This document shows, piece after piece, positions 11,325 through 21,500 of a DNA stretch of 35,997 nt. The notes below the pieces were generated by a model. That model was given only the letters and a program-made list of their open reading frames with translations. It was not told where the DNA came from and did not search any database. This DNA comes from Octopus sinensis (lineage: Eukaryota), in contig NW_021826275.1 in NCBI RefSeq assembly GCF_006345805.1, positions 1 to 35,997 of the forward strand, read 5' to 3'. Made by a program: the position numbers and the translations under genes. Each line of letters starts with the position of its first letter. Within the stretch, counting starts at the first letter, position 1.

Positions 11325-12058
11325 CTGACATTCCATCGGTACGACGACGAGTTTTGCAGTTGATCCGATGAATAGAACAGTCTGTTCATAAAATTAATGT
11401 GCAACTATAGGCTCAGGAGTGGCTGTGTGGTAAGCAGCTTGCTTATCAACCACATGGTTCTAGGCAAGTGTCTTCTACTATAGCCTCGGGCCTACTAAGT
11501 CTTGTGATATGGTAGATGGAAACTGAAAGAAGCCTGTCATGCATATGTATATATATGTGTATGTGTGTGTGTATATGTTTGTGTGTCTATGTTTGTCCCC
11601 CCAACATCGCTTGACAACCGATGGTGGTATGTTTACGTCCCCGTCAATTAGCGGTTCGGCAAAAGAGACCGATAGAATAAGTACTAGGCTTGTCCTGGGA
11701 TCGATTTGCTCGACTAAAGGCGGTGCTCCAGCATGGCCGCAGTCAACTGACTGAAACAAGTAAAAGAGAGTAAAAGAGAGTAACTAGTTGTGTACTCCAC
11801 AGTCGCGTGTACCCTTAGCATAGTTCTCAGATAGATTCAGCGTGACACAGAATGTGATAAGACTGGCCCTTTTAATTACAGGTACAATATATTTTTGCCA
11901 GGTGAGTACTCCACAGACACGTGTGCCCTTAATGTAGTTCTCAAGGAGATTTAGTATGACACAGAATGTGACAAGGCTGGCCCTTTGGTTACAACTCATT
12001 TTCGCTAGTTGAATGAACTGGAGAAACGCGAAATAAAGTGTCTTGCTCAGGACACAAC
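11325..12058 (-). mobile_element. SINE family D (head missing), with a 114-bp internal tandem duplication, interrupted by SINE A
   Basis: GTACTCCACAG...GACACAGAATGTGA..AG.CTGGCCC at 11792 and 11906; AAATAAAGTGTCTTGCTCAGGACACAA resembles the 28025-28240 copy. Confidence 0.65.
11408..11781 (+). mobile_element. SINE family A, near full length, flanked by AACTA direct repeats
   Basis: Head, central block and tail are present; AACTA at 11403-11407 and 11782-11786. Confidence 0.9.
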
Positions 12059-12341
12059 ATCGAGCATGCTTTGACAAACTTACGGCGATGAGGCAATGGG
12101 TCGCACTCAATATTCCGACTGGCACGAACCCTTCAAAAGTGGAACAACACCGTTGGGAGACGATGTGTGATCTGGAAGACCTACTACGAGCGTCAACCCC
12201 CGGAAATGGGGTATTGTACATGGAGAATTCGTTCCTTGGGGCTGGACTGTCAATCGAGAGTTCTTCTGCGGTATTTTGAAACGTTTGAGAGAGGACATTC
12301 AGCGAAAGCAACCGGATCTGTGGAGCACAAATTGTTCACGA

Positions 12342-14706
12342 TGGTTTCTTCGCGATGGATTCTTCACAATGGATTCTTCACGATGGAATCTTCACGATTG
12401 AATCTTCACGATGGAATCTTCACGATAGTTTCTTCGCGATGGATTCTTCACAATGGATTCTTCACATGGCTTCTTCACGATGGAATCTTCACGATGGTTT
12501 CTTCGCGATGGATTCTTCACAATGGATTCTTCACGATGGAATCTTCACGATGGAATCTTCACGATGGAATCTTCACGATGGAATCTTCACGATTGAATCT
12601 TCACGATGGAATCTTCACGATGGTTTCTTCGCGATGGATTCTTCACAATGGATTCTTCACATGGCTTCTTCACGATGGAATCTTCACGATGGTTTCTTCG
12701 CGATGGATTCTTCACAATGGATTCTTCACGATGGAATCTTCACGATGGAATCTTCACGATGGTTTCTTCGCGATGGATTCTTCACAATGGATTCTTCACA
12801 TGGCTTCTTCACGATGGAATCTTCACGATGGTTTCTTCACGATGTATTCTTCACAATGGATTCTTCACGATGGAATCTTCACGATGGAATCTTCACGATG
12901 GAATCTTCACGATGGTTTCTTCGCGATGGATTCTTCACAATGGATTCTTCACATGGCTTCTTCACGATGGAATCTTCACGATGGTTTCCTCGCGATGGAT
13001 TCTTCACAATGGATTCTTCACGATGGAATCTTCACGATGGAATCTTCACGATGGAATCTTCACGATGGTTTCTTCGCGATGGATTCTTCACAATGGATTC
13101 TTCACATGGCTTCTTCACGATGGAATCTTCGCGATGGTTTCTTCGGGATGGATTCTTCACAATGGATTCTTCACGATGGAATCTTCACGATGGTTTCTTC
13201 GCGATGGATTCTTCACAATGGATTCTTCACATGGCTTCTTCACGATGGAATCTTCACGATGGTTTCTTCGCGATGGATTCTTCACAATGGATTCTTCACA
13301 TGGCTTCTTCACGATGGAATCTTCACGATGATTTCTTCGCGATGGATTCTTCACAATGGATTCTTCACGATGGAATCTTCACGATGGAATCTTCACGATG
13401 GTTTCTTCGCGATGGATTCTTCACAATGGATTCTTCACGATGGAATCTTCACGATGGAATCTTCACGATGGAATCTTCACGATGGTTTCTTCGCGATGGA
13501 TTCTTCAGAATGGATTCTTCACGATGGAATCTTCACGATGGAATCTTCACGATGGTTTCTTCGCGATGGATTCTTCACAATGGATTCTTCACGATGGAAT
13601 CTTCACGATGGAATCTTCACGATGGTTTCTTCGCGATGGATTCTTCACAATGGATTCTTCACATGGCTTCTTCACGATGGAATCTTCACGATGGTTTCTT
13701 CGCGATGGATTCTTCACAATGGATTCTTCACGATGGAATCTTCACGATGGAATCTTCACGATGGTTTCTTCGCGATGGATTCTTCACAATGGATTCTTCA
13801 CATGGCTTCTTCACGATGGTTTCTTCGCGATGGATTCTTCACAATGGATTCTTCACGATGGAATCTTCACGATGGAATCTTCACGATGGAATCTTCACGA
13901 TGGTTTCTTCGCGATGGATTCTTCACAATGGATTCTTCACGATGGAATCTTCACGATGGAATCTTCACGATGGTTTCTTCGCGATGGATTCTTCACAATG
14001 GATTCTTCACATGGCTTCTTCACGATGGTTTCTTCGCGATGGATTCTTCACAATGGATTCTTCACATGGCTTCTTCACGATGGAATCTTCACGATGGTTT
14101 CTTCGCGATGGATTCTTCACAATGGATTCTTCACATGGCTTCTTCACGATGGAATCTTCACGATTGTTTCTTCGCGATGGATTCTTCACAATGGATTCTT
14201 CACGATGGCTTCTTCACGATGGAATCTTCACGATGGTTTCTTCGCGATGGATTCTTCACAATGGATTCTTCACATGGCTTCTTCACGATGGAATCTTCAC
14301 GATGGTTTCTTCGCGATGGATTCTTCACAATGGATTCTTCACATGGCTTCTTCACGATGGAATCTTCACGATTGTTTCTTCGCGATGGATTCTTCACATG
14401 GCTTCTTCACGATGGAATCTTCACGATGGATTCTTCGCGTTGGATTCTTCGCGATGGATTCTTCACGATGGATTCTTCGCGATGGATCCTTCACGATGGA
14501 TCCTTCACGATGTATTCTTCACGATGAATTCTTCGCGATGGATTCTTCGCGATGGATTCTTCACGATGGATTCTTCGCGATGGATTCTTCACGATGGATT
14601 CTTCACGATGGATTCTTCGCGATGGATTCTTCACGATGGATTCTTCGCGATGGATTCTTCACGATGGATACTTCACGATTGATTCTTCGCGGTGGATTCT
14701 TCACGA
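12342..14706 (+). repeat. Minisatellite, 170 units (155 x 14 bp + 15 x 13 bp), consensus TGGATTCTTCACGA
   Basis: Directly visible. The 13-bp units were counted from the single-frame translation, and 155x14+15x13 = 2365 matches the span. Confidence 0.97.
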
Positions 14707-15034
14707 TGACAATGCACCCTGTCAGCGATCTCTCCTTAGTCGTCAGTTTCTCACCAAATACAACATGGCATCGCTTCAGGACCCACCGTATACGCCAGAT
14801 TTAGCACCTGCGAACTTCCATCTCTTCCGCAAGATGAAAATGCAGCTCAAAGGTCGACGTTTTAATACCGTTGTCGAGATCCAGAGCAAATTGCAAACGG
14901 TCCTCAACTTGACTTCCACGCCGGATTCCAAAGGTGGCAGGAATGCCGGGACCCGTGTAATGCTGCGCAAGGTGATTATTTCGAAGGAGATGATGTAAAA
15001 ACTTAAGTAAATAAGTTATCTTGTATAAACATAT

Positions 15035-15062
15035 AGTCCATGAACTTTTTTATAACTCCTCG
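15035..15062 (-). repeat. Mariner right terminal inverted repeat; TA target at 15063-15064
   Basis: Minus strand reads TA|CGAGGAGTTATAAAAAAGTTCATGGAC, resembling irritans/Hsmar2-type TIRs as recalled; lies about 35-60 bp after the transposase end. Confidence 0.85.
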
Positions 15063-15271
15063 TATGTATATATTTGTGTTTGTGTGTGTGAGTACATACA
15101 TATACCTGTATACGTATATACTTGTATGTATATATGTATATACCCATGTGTATATATATATGTATATACATATGTGTATGTATACATATATATATGTACA
15201 TATACGTTCATGTTTATATATGTGTGTGTGTCTGTGTTTGTGTGTATGTATGCATGTATACACACATATAC

Positions 15272-15280
15272 ATATGTCTT

Positions 15281-15332
<52 letters not shown>

Positions 15333-15334
15333 AA

Positions 15335-15341
<7 letters not shown>
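15272..15341. repeat. 70-bp palindrome centred on (TA)n
   Basis: ATATGTCTTTATATTA-(TA)n-TAATATAAAGACATAT. Confidence 0.9.
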
Positions 15342-15371
<30 letters not shown>

Positions 15372-15639
15372 TCAGACACAGACTGATTTTCGTACGTATT
15401 CACAAACACATGCACACGCTCGCGCACAAACGCATATGTATATATACATACATGCACATACATATATACACGCACCCACATGTCAATATTCACTTAGCAC
15501 TTCATACTCGAGTTTCAGTTTCAAGATAAAAAAATGGTAAATTTTCTTCTAAGCTGAAAGACGATTCCAAAAAAATAATTCGTCTTCCCTTCCTCGTTTT
15601 ATTATTTATTTTTTAAATTTTTATCATTTATATTTATTT

Positions 15640-15669
15640 ATATTCTTCTTCTTCTTCTTCTTCTTCTTC

Positions 15670-15716
<47 letters not shown>

Positions 15717-15729
15717 GTTGTTGTTGTTG

Positions 15730-15799
<70 letters not shown>

Positions 15800-15802
15800 T
15801 AA

Positions 15803-15897
<95 letters not shown>

Positions 15898-15916
15898 TAT
15901 TATTATCATTAGCAGC

Positions 15917-15958
<42 letters not shown>
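15640..15958. repeat. Compound trinucleotide microsatellite (TTC)(TTA)(TTG)(CTA)(GTA)
   Basis: Directly visible. Confidence 0.9.
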
Positions 15959-15959
<1 letters not shown>

Positions 15960-16076
15960 CCCTCATTTCTCCACTCCTCTCTTCAAATTCCCCTTCATTG
16001 TCATCTTAGCCAACTCAGAGATAAAAAATATTCTAAGTATACTTGTATTTTTAACAAAGATTGTGCGTTGTTTCAG

Positions 16077-16305
16077 CTTGGGCCTGCTGTGCTGTATCTA
16101 TACGAACTGTAGATCTTACTCTCCTGTACGCTTATCATTCACTGACAAAGCGCAAACACCCGAAACGTCATATTCGTCACCATCCTCGAAATCAACTTCT
16201 GTTGAGAATCTACCAAAGACTAATGATGGTAGTGCAGTGCTGGAGGGGCGACGCGAAGTGTATTACGCTTACGGTCACTGGAAGAAAGTACATACACATA
16301 CGTAA
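16077..16305 (+). CDS. Possible exon, product unknown
   Basis: Acceptor TTGTTTCAG|C, then a unique open frame LGLLCCIYTNCRSYSPVRLSF...VLEGRREVYYAYGHWKK. No strong donor; in-frame stop at 16303-16305. Confidence 0.25.
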
Positions 16306-16373
16306 ACATATATACAAATACACTTACAAACACATGTACATGAATGAGTACGTACGTATGTGTGTACGCATAA

Positions 16374-16768
16374 AAGGGGCCTAAACATAGAGGGCACAAA
16401 CAAGGACAAACGGATTAAGTCGATTACATTGACCCCGGTGCGTAACTGGTACTCATTTAATCGACCCCGAGAGGATGAAAGGCAAATACGACCTCGGTGG
16501 AATTTGAACTCAGAACGTAACGGCATACGAAATACCTATTTCATTACTACCCACAAGGGGCTAAACACAGGAGGGGACAAAGAAGGATAGACAAACGGAT
16601 TAAGTCGATTATATCGACCCAAGTGCGTAACTGGTACTTATTTAATCGACTGTGAAAGGATGAAAGGCAAAGTTGACCTTGGCGGAATTTGAACTCAGAA
16701 CCTAACGGCAGACGAAATACCGCTACGCATTTCGCCCAGCGTGCTAACGTTTCTGCCAGCTCGCCGCC
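16374..16768 (-). mobile_element. SINE family B dimer
   Basis: Two tandem bodies and one complete head; junction GAAATACCTATTTC at 16529-16542. Confidence 0.88.
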
Positions 16769-16799
16769 ATATATGTATGTAACTATGTATGTATATATG

Positions 16800-17282
16800 T
16801 ATTTTCTTTCTCTTTTTAATGTAGCCTAAATTTTGATCAGTCACCACCTACTTGGTAGTAAGGTCACGAAGGAAAGCATCTTGATTTAACCATCATCCTT
16901 TAAATCTTAAGAAGTTCTTGCAGATTTATACAGTCCCAAACAAGGTGATCATTTATAATGTATAAATCAAGGATTTGGATTTTCTCCCCAAGAACTAAGT
17001 TCAACCATATTTTACTCCAGACGGGTTGCTACATATCCTGTCGCTCCATTAATAATTGGTATGAATCTGAAAGTGTATCCTGAGTATTAGACTAGCAAAC
17101 TCCTTATCTATGGTCCATAGATGTCCTCTTTCTCTTGCATCTTTCTAACCACATTGGTGTCCAACGGGTAGCTGATTTCCATAGCAGAACCTATTTTTCC
17201 TTGTGCTCCCACATAACAATATCTGGCAAGTTGTTTTTAACTTGGTGGCTGTTTTAAATTTTAAATTCCACCAACATTTTTT
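16800..17282 (-). pseudogene. R4/Dong-type (R2 superfamily) non-LTR retrotransposon, restriction-like endonuclease C-terminus plus 3' flank
   Basis: Minus strand, with stops and frameshifts: KCWWNLKFKTATK / LPDIVMWEHKEK / MEISYPLDTNVVRKMQEKEDIYGP / YTFRFIPIINGATGYV / GTV*ICKNF. Confidence 0.75.
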
Positions 17283-17391
17283 ATGAATATGTATGTATAT
17301 TCCTTTCCGTTTTTTTTATTATTCAAGTTCTTCTTTTGGAGAAAGAGCTGGTTTCTAACAAAGATACAAAATCCATCGTTGAAATGTAGAC

Positions 17392-17515
17392 AATTGTTAA
17401 GTCCCACCAATATTCTTTTGATCCTTGCATCTCAATACGATCAACTTCATCTGAAGGTGTTTTCTTTTAAGTTCTCCTTTCCCAGGCTGTTATGGCCAAT
17501 GGATCACGTCTCATG
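17392..17515 (-). pseudogene. R4/Dong-type fragment ending at the WW motif
   Basis: Minus strand TPSDEVDRIEMQGSKEYWWDLTI, the segment preceding the RLE PD motif in the neighbouring copies. Confidence 0.5.
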
Positions 17516-17536
17516 AGAAGATAATATGTATTTATT

Positions 17537-18161
17537 ATTCTTTTATTTGTATCAGTCATTTGGTTGCAGCCATGCTGGAGCACCGACTTAAGCGATTTTT
17601 AGTCGAACAAATTGACTCCAGGACTTACTTTTTGTAAGCCTAGCACTTATTCTATCGTTCTCTTTTGTTACCCAGTATTTTCGTCTCCTTGACCCCGAGG
17701 CCGTATTTCATCCGACTGTTCGTCCTTGTCTACCGTCTTAAGTCACACTCTGTATCGTTTTACTTGTTTTGTTTTGTTTGCTCTTGTCCCTAATTGTCCG
17801 CAAAAAATTTTTTTGGCGGGCGCCACCAATTGTGAAGTACTTGTTTTTATTGTTAAAGGTGCAAAACTATACAGTACCAATTGGTCGATAACTGATGAAG
17901 AATAACGGACCTTCTGTTTGTTTCCCCTTCGTTTTCACATTCAGTATACGTTAAATCGTTTGTTTATACATTTTTCATACACACACATATACATGACAGG
18001 ACTCTTTCAGTTCCCGTCTACCAAATTTGCTCACAAGGCTTTATTCGACGGCCAGAGCCTATAGCAGAAGACATTTAAACAAAGTGTCACGCATCGGAAC
18101 TTAACCTGGAACCATGTGGTTGGGAAGCAAGCTTCTTACCACACAGCCACGCATGCGCCTA
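17537..18161 (-). mobile_element. SINE family A pieces (3' end 17537-17670; 5' half 17993-18161) separated by unclassified sequence
   Basis: Collinear minus-strand halves. Confidence 0.7.
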
Positions 18162-18180
18162 TGTATATTTTTCATTGTGG

Positions 18181-18725
18181 TTTATTAAGTTCTAGAGAGA
18201 GTGTTCAAGCCGGTTGCTAACGAAGCTACAAGACTTTTTGTGTCAAGAGAGTTCTCAGTGTTTGTAAACATGTGGTTGAGTTGGTGCGTTGGTCGAACTT
18301 CAATGCACACAACCAAACGTGTATCCATTGGCATAAGATTCTCAGATGGAGAATTTTTGAAATGTCTCACAGATCTTCACTGTGCCACTAATCGATTAGA
18401 TTTGCAGAATCCGCATCTGTTTCTTTTGCTCTTCTCCGTGAAATCGAGAATCTCTAAGTTGTTGTGCAACTTTGTTGGCTCATAAGCTATGGCACCAACG
18501 ATGAGAGATACAAATGAGAATTCAAAGTCAGAGTCCAAGAAATCTAAGTTCTACAAAAATTCTCCTTTTTTTAGTCTTTTGACTGAACATTCACATCCGC
18601 TGAGCAAGTAGCCGCTACATCAGCGCAGGACGTTTGCTGCCTGTTCCATAGGACAATACCAGGTCTGTTATGTTTGCACCGAATTGATTCTTTTATTGGG
18701 GTGTTCCACAAGTAAGTCTTTTTAA
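18181..18725 (-). pseudogene. R4/Dong-type non-LTR retrotransposon 3' end (RLE domain + 3' UTR)
   Basis: Minus strand LWNTPIKESIRCKHNRPGIVLWNRQQTSC...SADVNVQSK / FEFSFVSLIVGAIAY / SISGTVKICETFQKFSI* (stop 18342-18344), then AATAAA at 18181-18186. The PD motif reads PG. Confidence 0.78.
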
Positions 18726-19241
18726 AGGCAATGTATGTATATATGTATGTATGTATGTACGTATGTATGTATGTATGCATGTATGCATGTATGTATGTAT
18801 GTGTGTATGCATGTATGTGTGTGTGTTTGTATGTATGTTAGTGAGTGCGTACAAGTGTCCTGGAAACAAAAGGAGAACACCAGATGTGTGACGAAGATGT
18901 GTGGTATTCATATTTGAAGTGTTACTAACAATATTTCTCAAGTTGTTTCATCTGGAGACGAGATGAAACGCCTTACGCCTTATCACTAACACTCGAATTA
19001 AAATTATGTATATATATATATATATATATATGTGTATATGCATACATATAGACATATACATATATATAATATATATATATATAGATATATATATATATAT
19101 CTATATATATATACATATGGTGGTGCCCCTGCATGGCCACAGCTCGTGAGCTGAAACTAGATAAAATAAAATTAAAATAATATATATATATATGTATATA
19201 TGTGTATATATATATATAGAATATATATAGATATATGTATA

Positions 19242-19312
<71 letters not shown>

Positions 19313-19370
19313 ATAATATATATATATATATATACATGCATATATGTATATGTATGTATTATGTATGTAT

Positions 19371-19510
19371 GGGCGCAGACGTGGCTATGTGGTAAAGGTT
19401 TGCTTCCCAATCACGTGGTTCTGGGTTCAGTTCAACTGCGTGGCACCTAGGGCAAAATGCGCTAAGAGTTTTGCCCGACGCAATAACGATTCAACCAGTT
19501 CGCCACCAAG
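19371..19510. mobile_element. SINE A head (+, 19371-19452) abutting SINE B head (-, 19453-19510)
   Basis: GGGCGCAGACGTGGCTATGTGG...GGGTTCAGTTC; then TTTTGCCCGACG...CCAGTTCGCCACC. Confidence 0.65.
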
Positions 19511-19927
19511 AATGCAGAAATAATACTACGAAATCTTCAGCTTATTCATACATTTAACACATTTCTCCAATCGTGACAGTTTAGCCATGGAACTTTACGA
19601 ACCACCTATTTCCTCACAGATGCAGCGTTTATCTGTTCGCATGTGTATGACTTGTCGTTTGTATGCATCATTCAAACACCGACATAATGTTTGTATGCAT
19701 CATTCAAACACCGATACGATGTGCTGTGAACAAAACGTGCGTTAACTGTTCGCGAGTTGTTCATCGTTCACACGCAATCAATAATCCACCACAGCAACCA
19801 CAGTAGTGAGCCACCACAACAACTCGTGTCACTGTCGAAGTTCTGTAAGAAGGAGGGCAAAATTTGGTTGGTCACGTGATGTATAACGAGATCAATGCCT
19901 TCTCTAGCCCCCACCATAGACAAAACT

Positions 19928-20339
19928 TATTTCTTTATTGCCCACAAGGGGTTAAACATAGAGGGGATAAACAAGGACAGACAAAGGGATTAAGTCGATT
20001 ACATCGACCCCAGTGCGTAACTGGTACTTGATTTATCGACCCCGAAAACATGAAAGGCAAAGTCGACCTCAGTGGAATTTGAACTCAGAACATAGTGACA
20101 GGTGAAATACCTATTTCTTTACTACCTACAAGGGGCTAAACACAGAGAGGACAAACAAGGACAGACAAAGGGATTAAGTCGATTACATCGAACCCAGTGC
20201 GTAAATGGTATTTAATTTATCGACCCCGAAAGGATGAAAGGCAAAGTCGGCCTCGGCGGAATTTGAACTCAGAATGTAGCGGCAGACGAAATACCGCCAA
20301 GTATTTCACCCCGCGTGCTAATGATTCTGCCAGCTCGCC
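19928..20339 (-). mobile_element. SINE family B dimer
   Basis: Junction GAAATACCTATTTC at 20104-20117. Confidence 0.88.
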
Positions 20340-21368
20340 AAAACTAAAACCACATCTTGTGTCTGCAAATCGATACTATCTCCGACTCTCGGTTTTAACT
20401 TTAACCGCAACAGATTCATATACTTTATGACGTGATATTTCACAGTAAAAATCAAACTCCTTTAATTTGAAGAATTATTTTAGGGGGTGGCTCAGTCCAA
20501 GTTAGACTTCTTAACGATGGGAGGCCGCTATCATATCTTTCTGTTGCTAAATGTGCTTCAAAATAGGGGTGGTATTTTCTTGGTGACTGCGTACGAAAGA
20601 TCTCAAACGTTACAATACTTAGCTCTAATATGAGTTATCTATACTGATATACAAGCTCGGTGTTGGGCTCGTGGTGGTATCGGTGGTGCGGTTTGATGGT
20701 GGTGGTGATGATGGTGGTAGAAGTGAAAGTGGAGATGGTGCTGGCGTTGTGGTTAAGATGTTGGTACGTCTCTGGTTTCTGGATGCCGTGAAATGGAAAC
20801 TGATCCACTTACCAATTATAGATTGAAGTTAACTCACTTATTTTTGTCTTAAACACACACACACTCCCGCCCACACACACTCCCACCACACACACTCCCA
20901 CACACACACAAACACTCCCGTACACACACACACACACAAGTAAACTCACACACAGAGACTTATACACAGATATATATATATATGTGGCTGTTTATATACA
21001 CACACACATATATATATGTATTATTTGTTTGTGTGTGTGTATTATGTATGTATATATGCGTGTGTGTGTGTGCGTATATATATATGCTTATATTTATACA
21101 CATGTCTATGTATATACGTATATGTAAGGATATGTATATGCATATACATGTATATACACACATATATATATGTATGTGTATATATATATATGTGTGGTGT
21201 GTGTGTGTGTATGTATATATACACAATATATATATTACACACACACACATACACACATAATATACATCATATATAAATATATATATATAATATATTATAT
21301 ATATATATTATATAATATATATATATATATATAATATATATATATTATATATATATATATATATATAA

Positions 21369-21500
21369 CAGAAACGTTAGCACACGGAGCGAGATCAAAT
21401 TCCGCCGAGTTCAAGGTCAATAAATTAAGTACTAGTTGCGTACTGGGATCGATCTAATCCACTGGCCCCCTCCCCAAAATTTCGAGCCTTGCAAACAATA
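21369..21500 (+). mobile_element. SINE family B, internally deleted copy
   Basis: CAGAAACGTTAGCAC...TCAAATTCCGCCGAG...TAAATTAAGTACTAGTTGCGTACTGGGATCGAT. Confidence 0.65.

Larger units (their letters stand above)
12060..15062 (+). pseudogene. Mariner (Tc1/mariner DD34D) transposon relic: left end lost, internal deletion, minisatellite expansion, right TIR intact
   Basis: HTH part ML*QTYGDEAMGRTQYSDWHEPFKSG...DDV*SGRPTT; then GIVHGEFVP...LKRLREDIQRKQPDLW. After the array: WILHDDNAPCQ...PPYTPDLAPANFHLF.KMK..LKGRRF...GDYFEGD. The third catalytic D of YSPDLAPxD is N. Confidence 0.93.

Noticed and set aside
10257-11363. 368-aa proline-rich ORF and the antisense Gly/Val ORFs
   Set aside because: Translation of (ACC)n low complexity; open in several frames and on both strands.
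12384-14426. Heat-shock elements in A units (GAAtcTTC)
   Set aside because: Only two pentamers per unit; the 14-bp period does not give three correctly phased nGAAn units.
12342-14706. CRISPR-like array
   Set aside because: Head-to-tail units with no unique spacers, eukaryotic context, no cas genes.
12167-14804. 786/775/482/241-aa ORFs as real genes
   Set aside because: Overlapping in all three frames and explained by a stop-free 14-bp unit. No expression evidence, so kept only as a hypothesis.
17885-17930. Hammerhead core CTGATGA at 17892
   Set aside because: A stem (AGAA/TTCT) follows, but there is no GAAA or stem III.
18652-18711. Plus-strand exon with a strong CAA|GTAAGT donor
   Set aside because: Lies antisense within the R4-type LINE relic, whose minus-strand translation explains the sequence. 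Exonisation is not excluded.
20807-20850. Minus-strand TTG|GTAAGT donor
   Set aside because: Only ~35 nt of AT-rich sequence to the nearest AG, with no tract; expected by chance.
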